A DNA stretch of 64,000 nucleotides from positions 13,231 to 77,230 of the forward strand of contig JACPLT010000001.1 in assembly GCA_016186365.1 (NCBI GenBank), read 5' to 3'. This stretch comes from Candidatus Pacearchaeota archaeon. Its GTDB lineage: Archaea; Nanobdellota; Nanobdellia; Pacearchaeales; GW2011-AR1. The notes below the pieces were generated by a model that did not search any database, was not told where the DNA came from, and saw nothing but the letters and a program-made list of their open reading frames with translations. Position numbers and translations under genes: made by a program. Positions 39,803-49,854 of the stretch are shown piece by piece; the stretch's first letter is position 1; the number at the start of each line of letters is the position of its first letter.

Positions 39803-40701
39803 GAATTGAAGAAGTATTGGCCTTGCCAGGAACCAAAATTTTGGATAACACTATCTTTTTTGGAGAGGAGTCTTTTCTTTATAAGATTTATGATATTTCA
39901 TCCGTCAGAGATCTCCCACTTGAGATTTTATTAGCTGAAAAGGAATTGATTGAGCGTAATTCTGGGTTATTAAGATTAGAGGGGGTTTTTTCTTTGGCAG
40001 AAGTTGGCAAGGAGATGCAAAAATATCTTGATAAAATAAACCAAATATTAGGTTATTATCGCGAAGAGCCACATCTTAGATTTAGAAAAGACAGAAATAG
40101 AGCGTATAATAAATCTAAGGAAAAAAGAATATCCGAGATAGAAGAGAGAGGAAAACCTGGAAGGGAATATCATGAAAGATTAGCTCATCTAAACTCCTTG
40201 GCTAAAAGTGTTAAACAAGCGATTGGAACAATTAGCCAGAGAGATGTTTCTGCAGAATTTACAGAAGAAGACAAACAAACTTTCCAGAGATTTCTTTGTT
40301 ATTTTCATACTATTCATATACTTGGAATTCGCAAGTTAAAAAGAGATTTTCATGTGAATTATGATTTGTGGTATGTGCCTAATGGGGATAAAGATATAAT
40401 ATTAACTGATGAGAGTGTTATGGCTGCTGCACTTACCCTTGCTTCAAGAAAGGATTATGATGACAAAAAAGATGGGAATGTAACTGTTGTTTCCAGGGAT
40501 AGCGATATTATAAGAATGCGGGGTTTTTTTGAAAGGGATAGGGTATATAGAAAAAGATTTGATTTGCCTGATACTAGAAGCAGGGTTTTGATTTATTCTA
40601 ATTTTGAGGATTATGGGGAGTATACCTTCCAGGAAAACTATGGGGAAATTCTTTCTCCTGAAGAAGCAATCCCTCAGCAAGAGCAGCTACAGAAAACTTA
40701 A
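39799..40701 (+). CDS. Hypothetical protein, possible PIN-like nuclease
   Basis: KILDNT...AEV..E...TDESVMAAAL...VVSRDSDI acidic pattern. Confidence 0.5.
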   Translation: MRIEEVLALPGTKILDNTIFFGEESFLYKIYDISSVRDLPLEILLAEKELIERNSGLLRLEGVFSLAEVGKEMQKYLDKINQILGYYREEPHLRFRKDRNRAYNKSKEKRISEIEERGKPGREYHERLAHLNSLAKSVKQAIGTISQRDVSAEFTEEDKQTFQRFLCYFHTIHILGIRKLKRDFHVNYDLWYVPNGDKDIILTDESVMAAALTLASRKDYDDKKDGNVTVVSRDSDIIRMRGFFERDRVYRKRFDLPDTRSRVLIYSNFEDYGEYTFQENYGEILSPEEAIPQQEQLQKT

Positions 40702-40709
40702 ATAATACC

Positions 40710-40786
40710 CTTCTCTTATGTCCAGAATGCTTTAAGCATTCTTGAGCACTATCAGGAATAGGATGTATTCCTGAAGGAAAGAGAAG
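40710..40786. repeat. Branched hairpin element
   Basis: tgtccagaatgc-tttaa-gcattcttgagca and tcaggaata-ggatg-tattcctga inside cttctctt...aagagaag. Confidence 0.7.
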
Positions 40787-40834
40787 CAGAACATCTTGTA
40801 TTAATACAAGAAAGAAGCATAATAGGTGTAAAAA

Positions 40835-41851
40835 ATGGGATTGCAGATAGGTGAAATTGTTGTAAGAAAGCCGATAACTTTTAAGGAGCTGGCTGGAAAG
40901 ATAGTTGCAATTGATGCTTTTAATGCGATTTATCAGTTTTTAACTAGTATAAGACAGCCGGATGGAACTCCTTTGATGGATAAGAATAAAGAAATTACCT
41001 CTCATTTATCTGGATTATTCTATAGAAATGTTAATCTGCTGGCTGATGGAATTCTTCCTGTTTATGTTTTTGACGGCAAACCTCCTGAATTGAAGAGAGA
41101 GGAGATTGAAAAGAGGCAGGAAGCAAAAGAAGAAGCAAGAGAAAGATATGAAGAGGCGAAAGAGAAAGAAGATGTTGAGGGAATGAAGAAGTATTCTTCT
41201 CAATTTGTAAAAATTAATGATAAAATTATTAGTGAGAGCAAGGAATTGCTTCTGGCTATGGGGATTCCTGTGGTTCAGGCGAGCGGAGAGGGGGAGGCAG
41301 AGGCAGCTTATCTTGCCCGAATAGGGAAGGCGTATGCTTCTGCATCACAAGATTATGATTCTCTTCTTTATGGAGTTCCTAAACTTATTAGAAATTTGAC
41401 TTTGGCAAGAAAAAGGAAAACTATTTCTGGATATGTTGAAGTTGCTCCAGAAATAATTGATATTGAATATTTATTGAACCAGCTGCAGATTAATAGGGAT
41501 CAGCTGATTTGTTTGGGAATATTGGTTGGAACAGATTATAATCCTGGTGGAGTTAGAGGTATAGGGCAGAAAAGAGCGTTGGATATAGTAAGGAAATATG
41601 TTTATCCTGTCAAGATATTTGATTTTGTTAAAGATAATCCTAAATATTCCATTAACTTTGATTGGCAGGAAATTTATAAAGTGTTTCATGAGTATAAATC
41701 TGAGGATATTGAGCTGAAGTTTGGGAGAGTTGATGAGAATAAGGTTAGAGAGATATTGTTGAAACATGATTTTTCAGCTGATAGAATTGATAATCAGCTG
41801 GAAAAGTTGAGAGAGATTAGGGAGAGAAAGAAACAGAGGACGTTGTTTTAA
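40835..41851 (+). CDS. fen1: Flap endonuclease 1
   Basis: AIDAFNAIYQFL.SIRQPDG.PL, YVFDG, EGEAEAA, SQDYDSLLYG, LVGTDYNPGG, PIP QRTLF. Confidence 0.97.
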   Translation: MGLQIGEIVVRKPITFKELAGKIVAIDAFNAIYQFLTSIRQPDGTPLMDKNKEITSHLSGLFYRNVNLLADGILPVYVFDGKPPELKREEIEKRQEAKEEARERYEEAKEKEDVEGMKKYSSQFVKINDKIISESKELLLAMGIPVVQASGEGEAEAAYLARIGKAYASASQDYDSLLYGVPKLIRNLTLARKRKTISGYVEVAPEIIDIEYLLNQLQINRDQLICLGILVGTDYNPGGVRGIGQKRALDIVRKYVYPVKIFDFVKDNPKYSINFDWQEIYKVFHEYKSEDIELKFGRVDENKVREILLKHDFSADRIDNQLEKLREIRERKKQRTLF

Positions 41852-41852
41852 A

Positions 41853-43034
41853 ATGAGTATAGAAGCTGTTCCAAAAAAAAGAGTTGAAAAAGATGTTATA
41901 GAAGCGTTTAAATTACTTGCGGAAAGTGAAGGAATAAAAATAAATAATTCTGATTTTCCTGTTGTGGAAGTTAGAGAAGGAAAATACTCTTATTATGATC
42001 TTACGAAACGTTCTATTTTTATCCGCCCTCTTGACATAGGCAGTGGGACAACTTATTTTGAGGAGGCAGGGCATGCTTTAAGAGATGTTGTGCAGAGGAG
42101 AAAGGGAGTAGATTATTTAAAGCAAGATCGGAAAGTTCATGAATTTTTAGGGAGAGCAGCAGAGAGTATTGGAAGGGATTTATCTTCTGGAACAGAAATG
42201 ATGGGATTATTTTCTGAAAAACCTCGAGATATGGATGATCCTAGAATTAAGAAAAAACTTTTGAATAGATTGCGAGGGATTAGAGATGTTAAAGATCTTT
42301 TAAGAGAAAGACGAGATAGACTTGCTAAGGGAAGAAGTTATGCGCTTAATCTGTTAAAAGAAAATTATCTTAATTTGCAAGACGCTTATAAAAGTTTTAG
42401 AAGTGGAAAAATAAATGAGCAAGAGTTCATAAGCGAAATGCATAGATTAGAACAAGAGAGTAGGAAAGGAGCCAGAAAATTGAGCGGTAATGAGGAGATG
42501 AGTGTTTCTCCATTTGATGAGAATGAAATAAAAGGGTATCTCTCTTTATATGAATATTTGGGAGAAGTTTTAGGTATAACTAGAAACGCTAAAGATGAAG
42601 AAAAGAGAAAAATTATTGATGGGGCAATGAAATTTGTAGACGAATTGTATAACCCTAAAAAAATAAAATTTGATTTGGATGATCCTCGAGTTTTGGATGT
42701 AGAGTTTCAAATTGGGGAAATTCATGATAGCCATGAGGTTCATAGAAAACCTTATCTTTATGCTCAACAATATGCTCCTTCTGAATTAAAAGGAGCTTAT
42801 TCGCTTTCTGATTCAGAGATAAGAGACAGATTTTTTCATAAAAGAAAGTCAGGATTAGAAAAAGCAGTAGAAACCTTATTTTTCGTTCTTTTTCCTCTTG
42901 TTTTTGTCTATCTTTTAAAATTGAGATTAACGGGGTTTGTTTCTGGAGTTAAACTGGTTAAACTTGATTTATTTCTATTAATTTTTCTTATAATAATCAG
43001 TATTTTATACCTGAAATTTAGAACAAGAAAATAA
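41853..43034 (+). CDS. Hypothetical protein with C-terminal TM hairpin; possible zincin-like motif
   Basis: YFEEAGHALR...HEFLG; two C-terminal TMs. Confidence 0.65.
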   Translation: MSIEAVPKKRVEKDVIEAFKLLAESEGIKINNSDFPVVEVREGKYSYYDLTKRSIFIRPLDIGSGTTYFEEAGHALRDVVQRRKGVDYLKQDRKVHEFLGRAAESIGRDLSSGTEMMGLFSEKPRDMDDPRIKKKLLNRLRGIRDVKDLLRERRDRLAKGRSYALNLLKENYLNLQDAYKSFRSGKINEQEFISEMHRLEQESRKGARKLSGNEEMSVSPFDENEIKGYLSLYEYLGEVLGITRNAKDEEKRKIIDGAMKFVDELYNPKKIKFDLDDPRVLDVEFQIGEIHDSHEVHRKPYLYAQQYAPSELKGAYSLSDSEIRDRFFHKRKSGLEKAVETLFFVLFPLVFVYLLKLRLTGFVSGVKLVKLDLFLLIFLIIISILYLKFRTRK

Positions 43035-43165
43035 ACTATAGTCTAAATGTTTATTTTGCAGGCATTAAAATATCTACACTTGCTAAAAACTTGTCTTTTA
43101 GTTCACTTATTTTTATTGGGACGAACCAGCAAAAGGGTTTTAAATATAGAATTATTGGATAGATT

Positions 43166-43777
43166 ATGAAAAAGAGCATAATATTGTTTATCTTGATAAT
43201 ATTTTTATCGGCGTTTGTATATGCTGAAGAACAACCAGGAGATGCAGGAAAGATTGCAGGAAAAACTGCGGTATCCGCAGTTTTAGGAACGAATGCTTTT
43301 CTTGAGAGAGATATCGTTGTTCCTGAAAATTTGCAGTTGGTTGCTAGGGTTTTATTTGGGTTGAAGGAAAATACGGATATCGCTTTTTCTGAATTTGTTG
43401 TTCTTTGTGCTGTTTGGATAATGCTTTTTATTATAATAATTAAGATTATGGTTTTTATGCCATTTTTGAACAAAGGAATACAAAAATTTGCAGGAGCATT
43501 AATTATAACTTGTTTAGCTTCTATTGCTGGAGGATTGCTTGCTTTAGTTGCTTTATTATTAGATTTGTCAAGTTTATTTGGGATATTTAATAAATATTCT
43601 GTTGTAACCTTGGTAATTGGAATAATTCTATCAATTGTTATTGTCCTTTTTGCGAGTCTTGCTACAAACAAAATTATAACTTCTTCTGATCGTGCACGAG
43701 CAGCTACATCGGGTTTACAAGCAGGGGCTACAGCAGGAATGCTTCAGCAACAGGGAAAAACAATGACTGGAAGATGA
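43166..43777 (+). CDS. Multi-TM membrane protein (family A)
   Basis: Signal peptide; RVLFGL...W motif shared with 43778-44482. Confidence 0.75.
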   Translation: MKKSIILFILIIFLSAFVYAEEQPGDAGKIAGKTAVSAVLGTNAFLERDIVVPENLQLVARVLFGLKENTDIAFSEFVVLCAVWIMLFIIIIKIMVFMPFLNKGIQKFAGALIITCLASIAGGLLALVALLLDLSSLFGIFNKYSVVTLVIGIILSIVIVLFASLATNKIITSSDRARAATSGLQAGATAGMLQQQGKTMTGR

Positions 43778-44482
43778 TTATTCAGCTATCTCTTGCCCTT
43801 CTTTGAATTTATCTGAAAATTCGATTATATTTCCCTCTTCTTGTTCTGCTTTTCTTTTCTTTTTTTCTTCATTTTTTTTATTTATATATGTTGAAAGAAT
43901 ATCTAAGAAATAATAAAATGCTAAGATGATTAATACAGAAGCGATTATTAACAAAGTTCTTGCCCAGGCCGCTTCTTTGCTAAAGATGAATACTCCTACT
44001 GCGTTTATTATTATTTTAAAAACTTTTAGATGAGCTAGGGTGAGTGCAAATAGCAATCCGATAATATAAGCTGCCCAGCCTTTTAGAAAGTCAAGAGCTG
44101 CGATCATTTTAGAAGATTTTAGGAAAACTATCAGCCAGAGAATAATAACAAATAGTAGTGTCATAGATAAAGCGTAATCCATGCCGAACAAAATCCTGAA
44201 AACAATGCTTATTCTTGATAAGAAAGAATCAATCTTGGAAATAATGCTGTTTTCCAGCAGGATTTTTCTCCATTCTTTTCCTAAGTAGTCCCATTTTGTT
44301 TGTGTTATATTTTTTAGCTCTTCTGTTGACGAGGGGACTCCTTCTGGGAATCCTCTTTCGTTTAATTCGCCATAAGCTGATGTTGGATTAGGGTTAGCTC
44401 CGTCTTGTGCTAGGGTTAGGGTTGAAACTAGGAAACTTGCTATTAATATACTCAAGATAAATATTAATTTATATTTTAACAT
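43778..44482 (-). CDS. Multi-TM membrane protein (family A)
   Basis: Signal peptide; RILFGM...W; C-terminal coiled coil. Confidence 0.75.
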   Translation of the reverse strand: MLKYKLIFILSILIASFLVSTLTLAQDGANPNPTSAYGELNERGFPEGVPSSTEELKNITQTKWDYLGKEWRKILLENSIISKIDSFLSRISIVFRILFGMDYALSMTLLFVIILWLIVFLKSSKMIAALDFLKGWAAYIIGLLFALTLAHLKVFKIIINAVGVFIFSKEAAWARTLLIIASVLIILAFYYFLDILSTYINKKNEEKKKRKAEQEEGNIIEFSDKFKEGQEIAE

Positions 44483-44921
44483 TTTCTATTAGTTTTTTAA
44501 GTTTAGGAAAAAATGAACTAAGAAACATTATAAATTTTTCAGCTTCTTCTTTTATATAACTTTTTCCATAATATTTTACTCCATTTCTGAATTGCCTTAG
44601 CTCATTCATCATGTTTATTTCATAATCTGGAAATTTAAGCTCATTTAAGTATGAAACTTCTGCTTCGTGAGCATAATTCCCAGAGGCAGAATATCCATCT
44701 AATAACATTTTTGCCCTTATTAATTCAATTAAAATATCATAAATTGATTCTATAATAAAATTGGCATTGTTATCTGTTATTTCTATAGTATTAACAATTT
44801 GTTTTAGAAAAATATCTCTTTTTTCAGAGTTTTCTGCTAATGAATTTGCCTTGTTCTTATCAGGATACATCTGTCTTACAATGCCCTCTTTTATGTATTC
44901 TTTAAATTCTCTTAAGCTCAT
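44469..44921 (-). CDS. HEPN-like protein
   Basis: Helical; AHEA; LRQFRNGVKYYG (R-x4-Y); downstream of MNT. Confidence 0.75.
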   Translation of the reverse strand: MSLREFKEYIKEGIVRQMYPDKNKANSLAENSEKRDIFLKQIVNTIEITDNNANFIIESIYDILIELIRAKMLLDGYSASGNYAHEAEVSYLNELKFPDYEINMMNELRQFRNGVKYYGKSYIKEEAEKFIMFLSSFFPKLKKLIENVKI

Positions 44922-45439
44922 AATTGAACTACTCCCTTTAATGTTATTCCATTTAAAATACTGCTCTTTAAATTTGTTTCTATACTTTTCAAATCTGGAT
45001 AAAAATTAATATTAATTTTTCTTTCGAGCAGTTTTTCAAAACTTTCTAGTTCCAAATTTTTTTCTTTATACCCTATTATGGCTATATCTATATCTGACCT
45101 TTCTATGTCCTCTCCTCTAGAATAGCTTCCGAATAAAATTATTGTTGATAAGGGAAATTTATCATATAAGTATTCAATTAGTCCTGATAGATACATTCTC
45201 TTTAAATTACTTACTCTTTTAAAATTTTTAAAATTTGAGTTATCTAAATTTGCTTTTACCTCGTATAGAAACTTTTTATCTATAGTTATCATATTTTCCT
45301 TTTCTAGCTGTTTTAACGAGCCAGATATAGATGGGGGGGAGATTTTCAATATCCTTGAAATTTCTCTTACATGGAATCTTCTTGTTGGAAAATCAAATAA
45401 TAACTCCTGGATTTTTTCTTTCGTGTCTGTGTTCTTCAT
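44918..45439 (-). CDS. HTH-minimal nucleotidyltransferase (MNT)
   Basis: wHTH (HVREISRILKISPPSIS); ILFGSYSRGED..SDIDIAI. Confidence 0.9.
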   Translation of the reverse strand: MKNTDTKEKIQELLFDFPTRRFHVREISRILKISPPSISGSLKQLEKENMITIDKKFLYEVKANLDNSNFKNFKRVSNLKRMYLSGLIEYLYDKFPLSTIILFGSYSRGEDIERSDIDIAIIGYKEKNLELESFEKLLERKININFYPDLKSIETNLKSSILNGITLKGVVQL

Positions 45440-45584
45440 TTTATATTTGTTTATTTAAAATAACAATTGTTAATTTAATATTTTATATGTTAATTTAAGA
45501 TAACAATAGTTTATAAAGATTTCTGTTTGAAGAAAGTTGCCGATTAGCGGGAGTTGAAAGGGTAAGAGAAGGGTTGATATCTTA

Positions 45585-46445
45585 TTATTCCATTTTTCCA
45601 CTGGCTATTTTTTCTAACCTTTTTGCGGTTTCAATCAATTTTTTCGTTTCTTCAGTTTCGCCTGTTACTTCTGCTAGCACATTCGCTCTTTTTCTTAGCA
45701 TTGCAGCGTCTGCTAAAGCTTCTTCTTTTGACATAACTTTTGAACTTTCTACATATCCTGCTATCCTTGTGTTGAAAAGGTATTGTCTAATTGTAGCATT
45801 AAAAGAAGCATAAATAATCAAGACTCCAAATATTGGGATATAAATTGGAAGAGCAAATTTCCAAACATTATCTAACTTTCCTGGAAACCACATTAATACA
45901 CTTATCCTATACCCTAGATATAACACAAATGCCCAAATTATTATTTTTTGTAATAATATTTTTGCAGGATTGGGGTTTTTGGTTAATTCCCAAGTTATCC
46001 CAAATATGATTATAAATGGTATAATTGATGTTAAAGTTATTCCCATTGCCCCATAGCTGACTAATGCCGCATATAATTCTTCTGGAGCAATATAAATAAT
46101 TGATAAGTAGGATATTATTATTGCTAATAGCCACCTAATCGCAGTTTTTCCTTTTCCTGTGCCTTGTCCTACTATCGGCACATATTCAAGGACACTCACT
46201 ATAATTAATAAAAGCATACCAAAAACAAGGAATTTAGTTAAAGCCAAATTCCAAATTGATTCCCCTGTAATTGTTTTTCCAAAAACTTTTTCAAATAGAG
46301 TGGGTCCCGATATTTTGGTAAATGCGTTATTTATCGCATCTGCTATGCTAGATGCAGGTATTGCAGCAACAAAATTAGCAACGAACGAAATCATAATTAA
46401 ACCTAGAAACATTAATGCAAATATTCTCACACTTTCTTTTTTCAT
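45585..46445 (-). CDS. Multi-TM membrane protein (family B)
   Basis: Signal peptide, about 6 TM, YGAMGITLTSIIPFII, C-terminal coiled coil. Confidence 0.8.
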   Translation of the reverse strand: MKKESVRIFALMFLGLIMISFVANFVAAIPASSIADAINNAFTKISGPTLFEKVFGKTITGESIWNLALTKFLVFGMLLLIIVSVLEYVPIVGQGTGKGKTAIRWLLAIIISYLSIIYIAPEELYAALVSYGAMGITLTSIIPFIIIFGITWELTKNPNPAKILLQKIIIWAFVLYLGYRISVLMWFPGKLDNVWKFALPIYIPIFGVLIIYASFNATIRQYLFNTRIAGYVESSKVMSKEEALADAAMLRKRANVLAEVTGETEETKKLIETAKRLEKIASGKME

Positions 46446-46545
46446 TTTGTAATGAAAATAATTCTCTATTTAAATCTTTCTCCCTAATTTAGTGTTACTA
46501 AAAAATTATAACAGAGAAGAAAAAACTAATTTTTCTTTTGTGTTA

Positions 46546-46712
46546 TGTCAAGAACCCTACACTAAAAGTGTAGGGCGTTTCGGGTTCTTGAGCATGTCAG
46601 AAACTTATGTTTCTGATCACTCTCAGAAATTAAAAATTTCTGAAGTGCTCAAAAATTGCGTTTATTTACTCACGAACTAAAGTAAGGAGGTTGTATAAAC
46701 CAATTTTTGACA
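46546..46712. mobile_element. Composite hairpin element (4 modules) flanked by TGTTA direct repeats
   Basis: tgtcaagaacc...ggttcttgagca, two small hairpins, tgctcaaaaattg...caatttttgaca; homologous to the reverse complement of 51118-51240. Confidence 0.8.
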
Positions 46713-46953
46713 TGTTAAGGTTACCCATATTATATTTTGTGTAACTTTGAGATTACCTATATTTGTGAGTCTTTTGGCAGTTATGACTTTGAAACGCTAA
46801 ACTAGCAATTAAAACATTAAGAAAAGAACTTGAGAATTAATTATTTAACATCAATAATAGTGGGCTTTTATTGAGTTACAAATAGATTTATTTTTAATTC
46901 AGAAAAATAATTGCCTTTAGCAATAATTACTTTTTTATTTTTTATCTGTAGAA

Positions 46954-47110
46954 TGTTACATTCATGTCATATTTGTTACATTCATGTCATATTTGTTACA
47001 TTCATGTCATATTTGTTACATTCATGTCATATTTGTTACATTCATGTCATATTTGTTACATTCATGTCATATTTGTTTTTGTTACATTCATGTCATATTT
47101 GTTACATTCA
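46954..47110. repeat. Tandem repeat, 20-bp unit tgttacattcatgtcatatt, 7 full copies plus a partial
   Basis: Perfect copies with one 6-nt interruption at 47074-47079; no spacers. Confidence 0.95.
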
Positions 47111-47184
47111 AACTCCTAAAAGTTTTCCTTAAATTAAGGAAAATAGTATATAAAAATTTCCTATTTTAAAGGAAAACTTTATTT

Positions 47185-47451
47185 TATTGGAAGAATGTTC
47201 AGCAGGAAGAAGTAGATTTTGTTGTTAAAGAAAATGGCAAAATAAAAGAATTAATTCAAGTGTGCAAAGATATAAGCGATATTAATACTAAGCAAAGAGA
47301 AATTCGTGCATTGTTAAAAGCGAGCAAGGATTTGGAATGCAAGAATCTTTCTATAATAACTGAAAATTATGAATCTGAAGAAGAAGCTGAATGGTTTGAT
47401 TTAAAAGGAAAAATTAAGTTTGTTCCCTTGTGGAAATGGCTCTTGACATGA
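47185..47451 (+). pseudogene. C-terminal remnant of an AAA ATPase/DUF4143-type protein
   Basis: YWKNVQQEEVDFVVK...LIQVC...REIRAL...IKFVPLWKWLL; ATPase part absent. Confidence 0.75.
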
Positions 47452-47649
47452 TTTTCTATGTATATAGTAAAAGACAAAAAATTTTTAACCAACTTTTTTC
47501 TTTTCTTATCTATTAAAGGACAGAAAATGGTTAATTATTAATATCCTTTAATATAATATAGCGGTAACAAAATATCCCCGTTTTATTAACTTTTAAGTAA
47601 TTACTATATTTTCCGAAATATTTATAAAGACGGGGAAAATTAATTATTT

Positions 47650-48516
47650 ATGAAAAATAAAAAGCTGGTGATTTTGCCGATATTATTTATCGCGATTTTA
47701 GCTTTGTCTTTTGTTGTTAGTGCTGCTGAAAATGCAATTGTAAAAATGGGGGCTGATTTTGTTGAGAGTGTTTATAGTACATTGGAACCTTATCTTAAAG
47801 TTTTAGTTGGATCTACCGCTTCAGATCTTGTTCCTGGTTTTAGTGTGTTTGTAGCCAAAATCTTATTATTAATTATTTTGATAGCTATTATTTATATTAC
47901 ATTATCTAAATCTATGGCTGGATTTTTTGCTGATAAAATGTGGGTATTATGGATTATTTCGATTATCTTATCTGTGATTGGAGTAAGATTTTTAACTCCT
48001 GAATGGATTAATGCAATACTTTTGCCCACAAATACTTTTGCTATTGCAATAACTGCCGGTCTTCCTTTTATATTGTACTTTATGATTGTTAAAGGTTTTA
48101 ATGCGTCTGTTGCTAGAAGAACTGCTTGGATATTTTTTGCAGTAATATTTTTGATTTTATATGCTTCAAGAACAGGAGTTTCGGGAATTACAGCAGAAGC
48201 AAAAAAAGCATATGTTATCTATCCAATAACTGCGGGATTAGCATTACTTATGGTAGTATTAGACGGAACAATAAGAAGTTGGTGGTTTAAGGTTCAAAGA
48301 GAGAGTGCTTTAGCGGGAGGTAAATCCGCGACACTATTAAGTCTTGAAACTGCTCGTACAAATATAGGTACTAATTATTCCGGTAATCCTGCGGGATATT
48401 CTGGAATATACCCTGCTGCGCAAGGTGGAGGATTTGGTCAAATAGGTACTGATGCCTTTTTAGCAGATTCTGCGTATTTGGAAAAACAGATTAGAAAAGT
48501 TATAAAAGCAAAGTAA
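47650..48516 (+). CDS. Multi-TM membrane protein (family B)
   Basis: LPTNTFAIAITAGLPFILYF, RRTAWIFFAV. Confidence 0.8.
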   Translation: MKNKKLVILPILFIAILALSFVVSAAENAIVKMGADFVESVYSTLEPYLKVLVGSTASDLVPGFSVFVAKILLLIILIAIIYITLSKSMAGFFADKMWVLWIISIILSVIGVRFLTPEWINAILLPTNTFAIAITAGLPFILYFMIVKGFNASVARRTAWIFFAVIFLILYASRTGVSGITAEAKKAYVIYPITAGLALLMVVLDGTIRSWWFKVQRESALAGGKSATLLSLETARTNIGTNYSGNPAGYSGIYPAAQGGGFGQIGTDAFLADSAYLEKQIRKVIKAK

Positions 48517-48681
48517 GTCTTTTAGAGTCCTTTGCTTTATTTGGTTCTATCTTTTCTTAATTTTTAAATATATTAGCCCTTTTTTTAATTCTTACTCCTT
48601 TTTTGTATTTTTCATTCGGGAAATAAAAATTTCCCTCAAAATTTCCCAAATATTTATAAACCTAATATTTCTATTCTAATA

Positions 48682-49476
48682 ATGAAAAAGAGAAATAAAA
48701 ATCTGATGATTTTTTTTGGGATGTTTATTATTATGCTGTTTTTATTTATGAACTTTGCCTCTGCTCAAGTTTATGATGATTTGAGAGCGAGTTCAGAACA
48801 AATCATCCAGTGGATTAATGATATTTTTTCTCCGTTCTTTCATGCTCTTTTAGGTGCAGACTCTTTGGATAAATACTTCTTTGAAAGAATATTAATTCTT
48901 ATTCTGGTTTATGTTGTTGTTTGGAGTGTTCTTAAAAAAGTGGAAATTTTCAAGGATCATAAAGGAGTTGTTTTTGTTGTTTCTTTGATAGTTGCTCTTC
49001 TTGGAGCTAGGTATATGTCTGAAATCGATATACTTGAAGGGATACTACTACCTTACGGAACCTTGGCAATAGCTATTTCTGTCGCTCTGCCTTTTTTAAT
49101 ATATTTCTTTTTTGTTAATCTTTCTATTCCTAGTAAGGGGGGAAGAAGAATTGCCTGGATATTATTTGCAGCTGTTTTTTTTGGATTATGGATTTCTAGA
49201 GGCGTTGATTCAATTGGAAACATTGGAAATTGGATATATGGTATTGGGGTTGTAGCTGTTTTGTTGTGTCTTATTTTTGATGATAAGATACAAGAATATT
49301 TTGGCATGTTTGAGGCTACTAGGGCTAGAAGAATCAGATTTGACCAACAAATTGCAGATAGAGAGGCGCAGTTAGTTCATTATCGAGGAATTCAATCGCC
49401 TTCTCAGAGTGTAAAGGACACTATAAAGAGATATGAAGATGAGATTAAAGAATTATATAGGCAGAGAAGAAAATAA
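48682..49476 (+). CDS. Multi-TM membrane protein (family B)
   Basis: LPYGTLAIAISVALPFLIYF, RRIAWILFAA, coiled-coil tail. Confidence 0.8.
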   Translation: MKKRNKNLMIFFGMFIIMLFLFMNFASAQVYDDLRASSEQIIQWINDIFSPFFHALLGADSLDKYFFERILILILVYVVVWSVLKKVEIFKDHKGVVFVVSLIVALLGARYMSEIDILEGILLPYGTLAIAISVALPFLIYFFFVNLSIPSKGGRRIAWILFAAVFFGLWISRGVDSIGNIGNWIYGIGVVAVLLCLIFDDKIQEYFGMFEATRARRIRFDQQIADREAQLVHYRGIQSPSQSVKDTIKRYEDEIKELYRQRRK

Positions 49477-49528
49477 ATTATTCAAAACATAATTTATAAC
49501 CCTTATTTTTATCAAAATTAACTCATAT

Positions 49529-49795
49529 TTATCTACTTTTCTGATAACCCACTATTTTCCTGCTTTTACCTTCGCCCTGATAAATTGGAACTTCCTCAGA
49601 AGATTGGGAGATTTTTGAGCTGGACTTTGGCTTGTTCATGATAAAAACTATTCCCAATATGACGAGGCAGATGCCTGCAATCATCACGTAGGCAGGCGTA
49701 ATCGCTGCTGGAATAGGCAATCTGGAGGTGTTAAAGCTTAATACTATTATAATCAATCCTAATATTGATAAAATATATCCGAGTAATTTTGACAT
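49529..49795 (-). CDS. Small 2-TM membrane protein
   Basis: Two TMs followed by EEVPIYQG...IVGY. Confidence 0.7.
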   Translation of the reverse strand: MSKLLGYILSILGLIIIVLSFNTSRLPIPAAITPAYVMIAGICLVILGIVFIMNKPKSSSKISQSSEEVPIYQGEGKSRKIVGYQKSR

Positions 49796-49854
49796 TTTTT
49801 TGTTCCTCTTTTGTTTATTTGTTGATTATATTAATAACCATGTGTTTTTAAACT

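Noticed and set aside
43051-43671. 206-aa minus-strand ORF
   Set aside because: Antisense to a membrane protein gene with signal peptide and promoter; same reasoning applied to the other short antisense ORFs in the track
46492-46680. 62-aa ORF (also 51109-51291 and 51178-51384)
   Set aside because: Translations of the hairpin elements; shared CQEPYT reflects DNA homology, not a protein family
46954-47110. CRISPR array
   Set aside because: Units are contiguous with no spacers and no cas genes are nearby; ORFs 46911-47132 and 46984-47169 are read-throughs of the repeat
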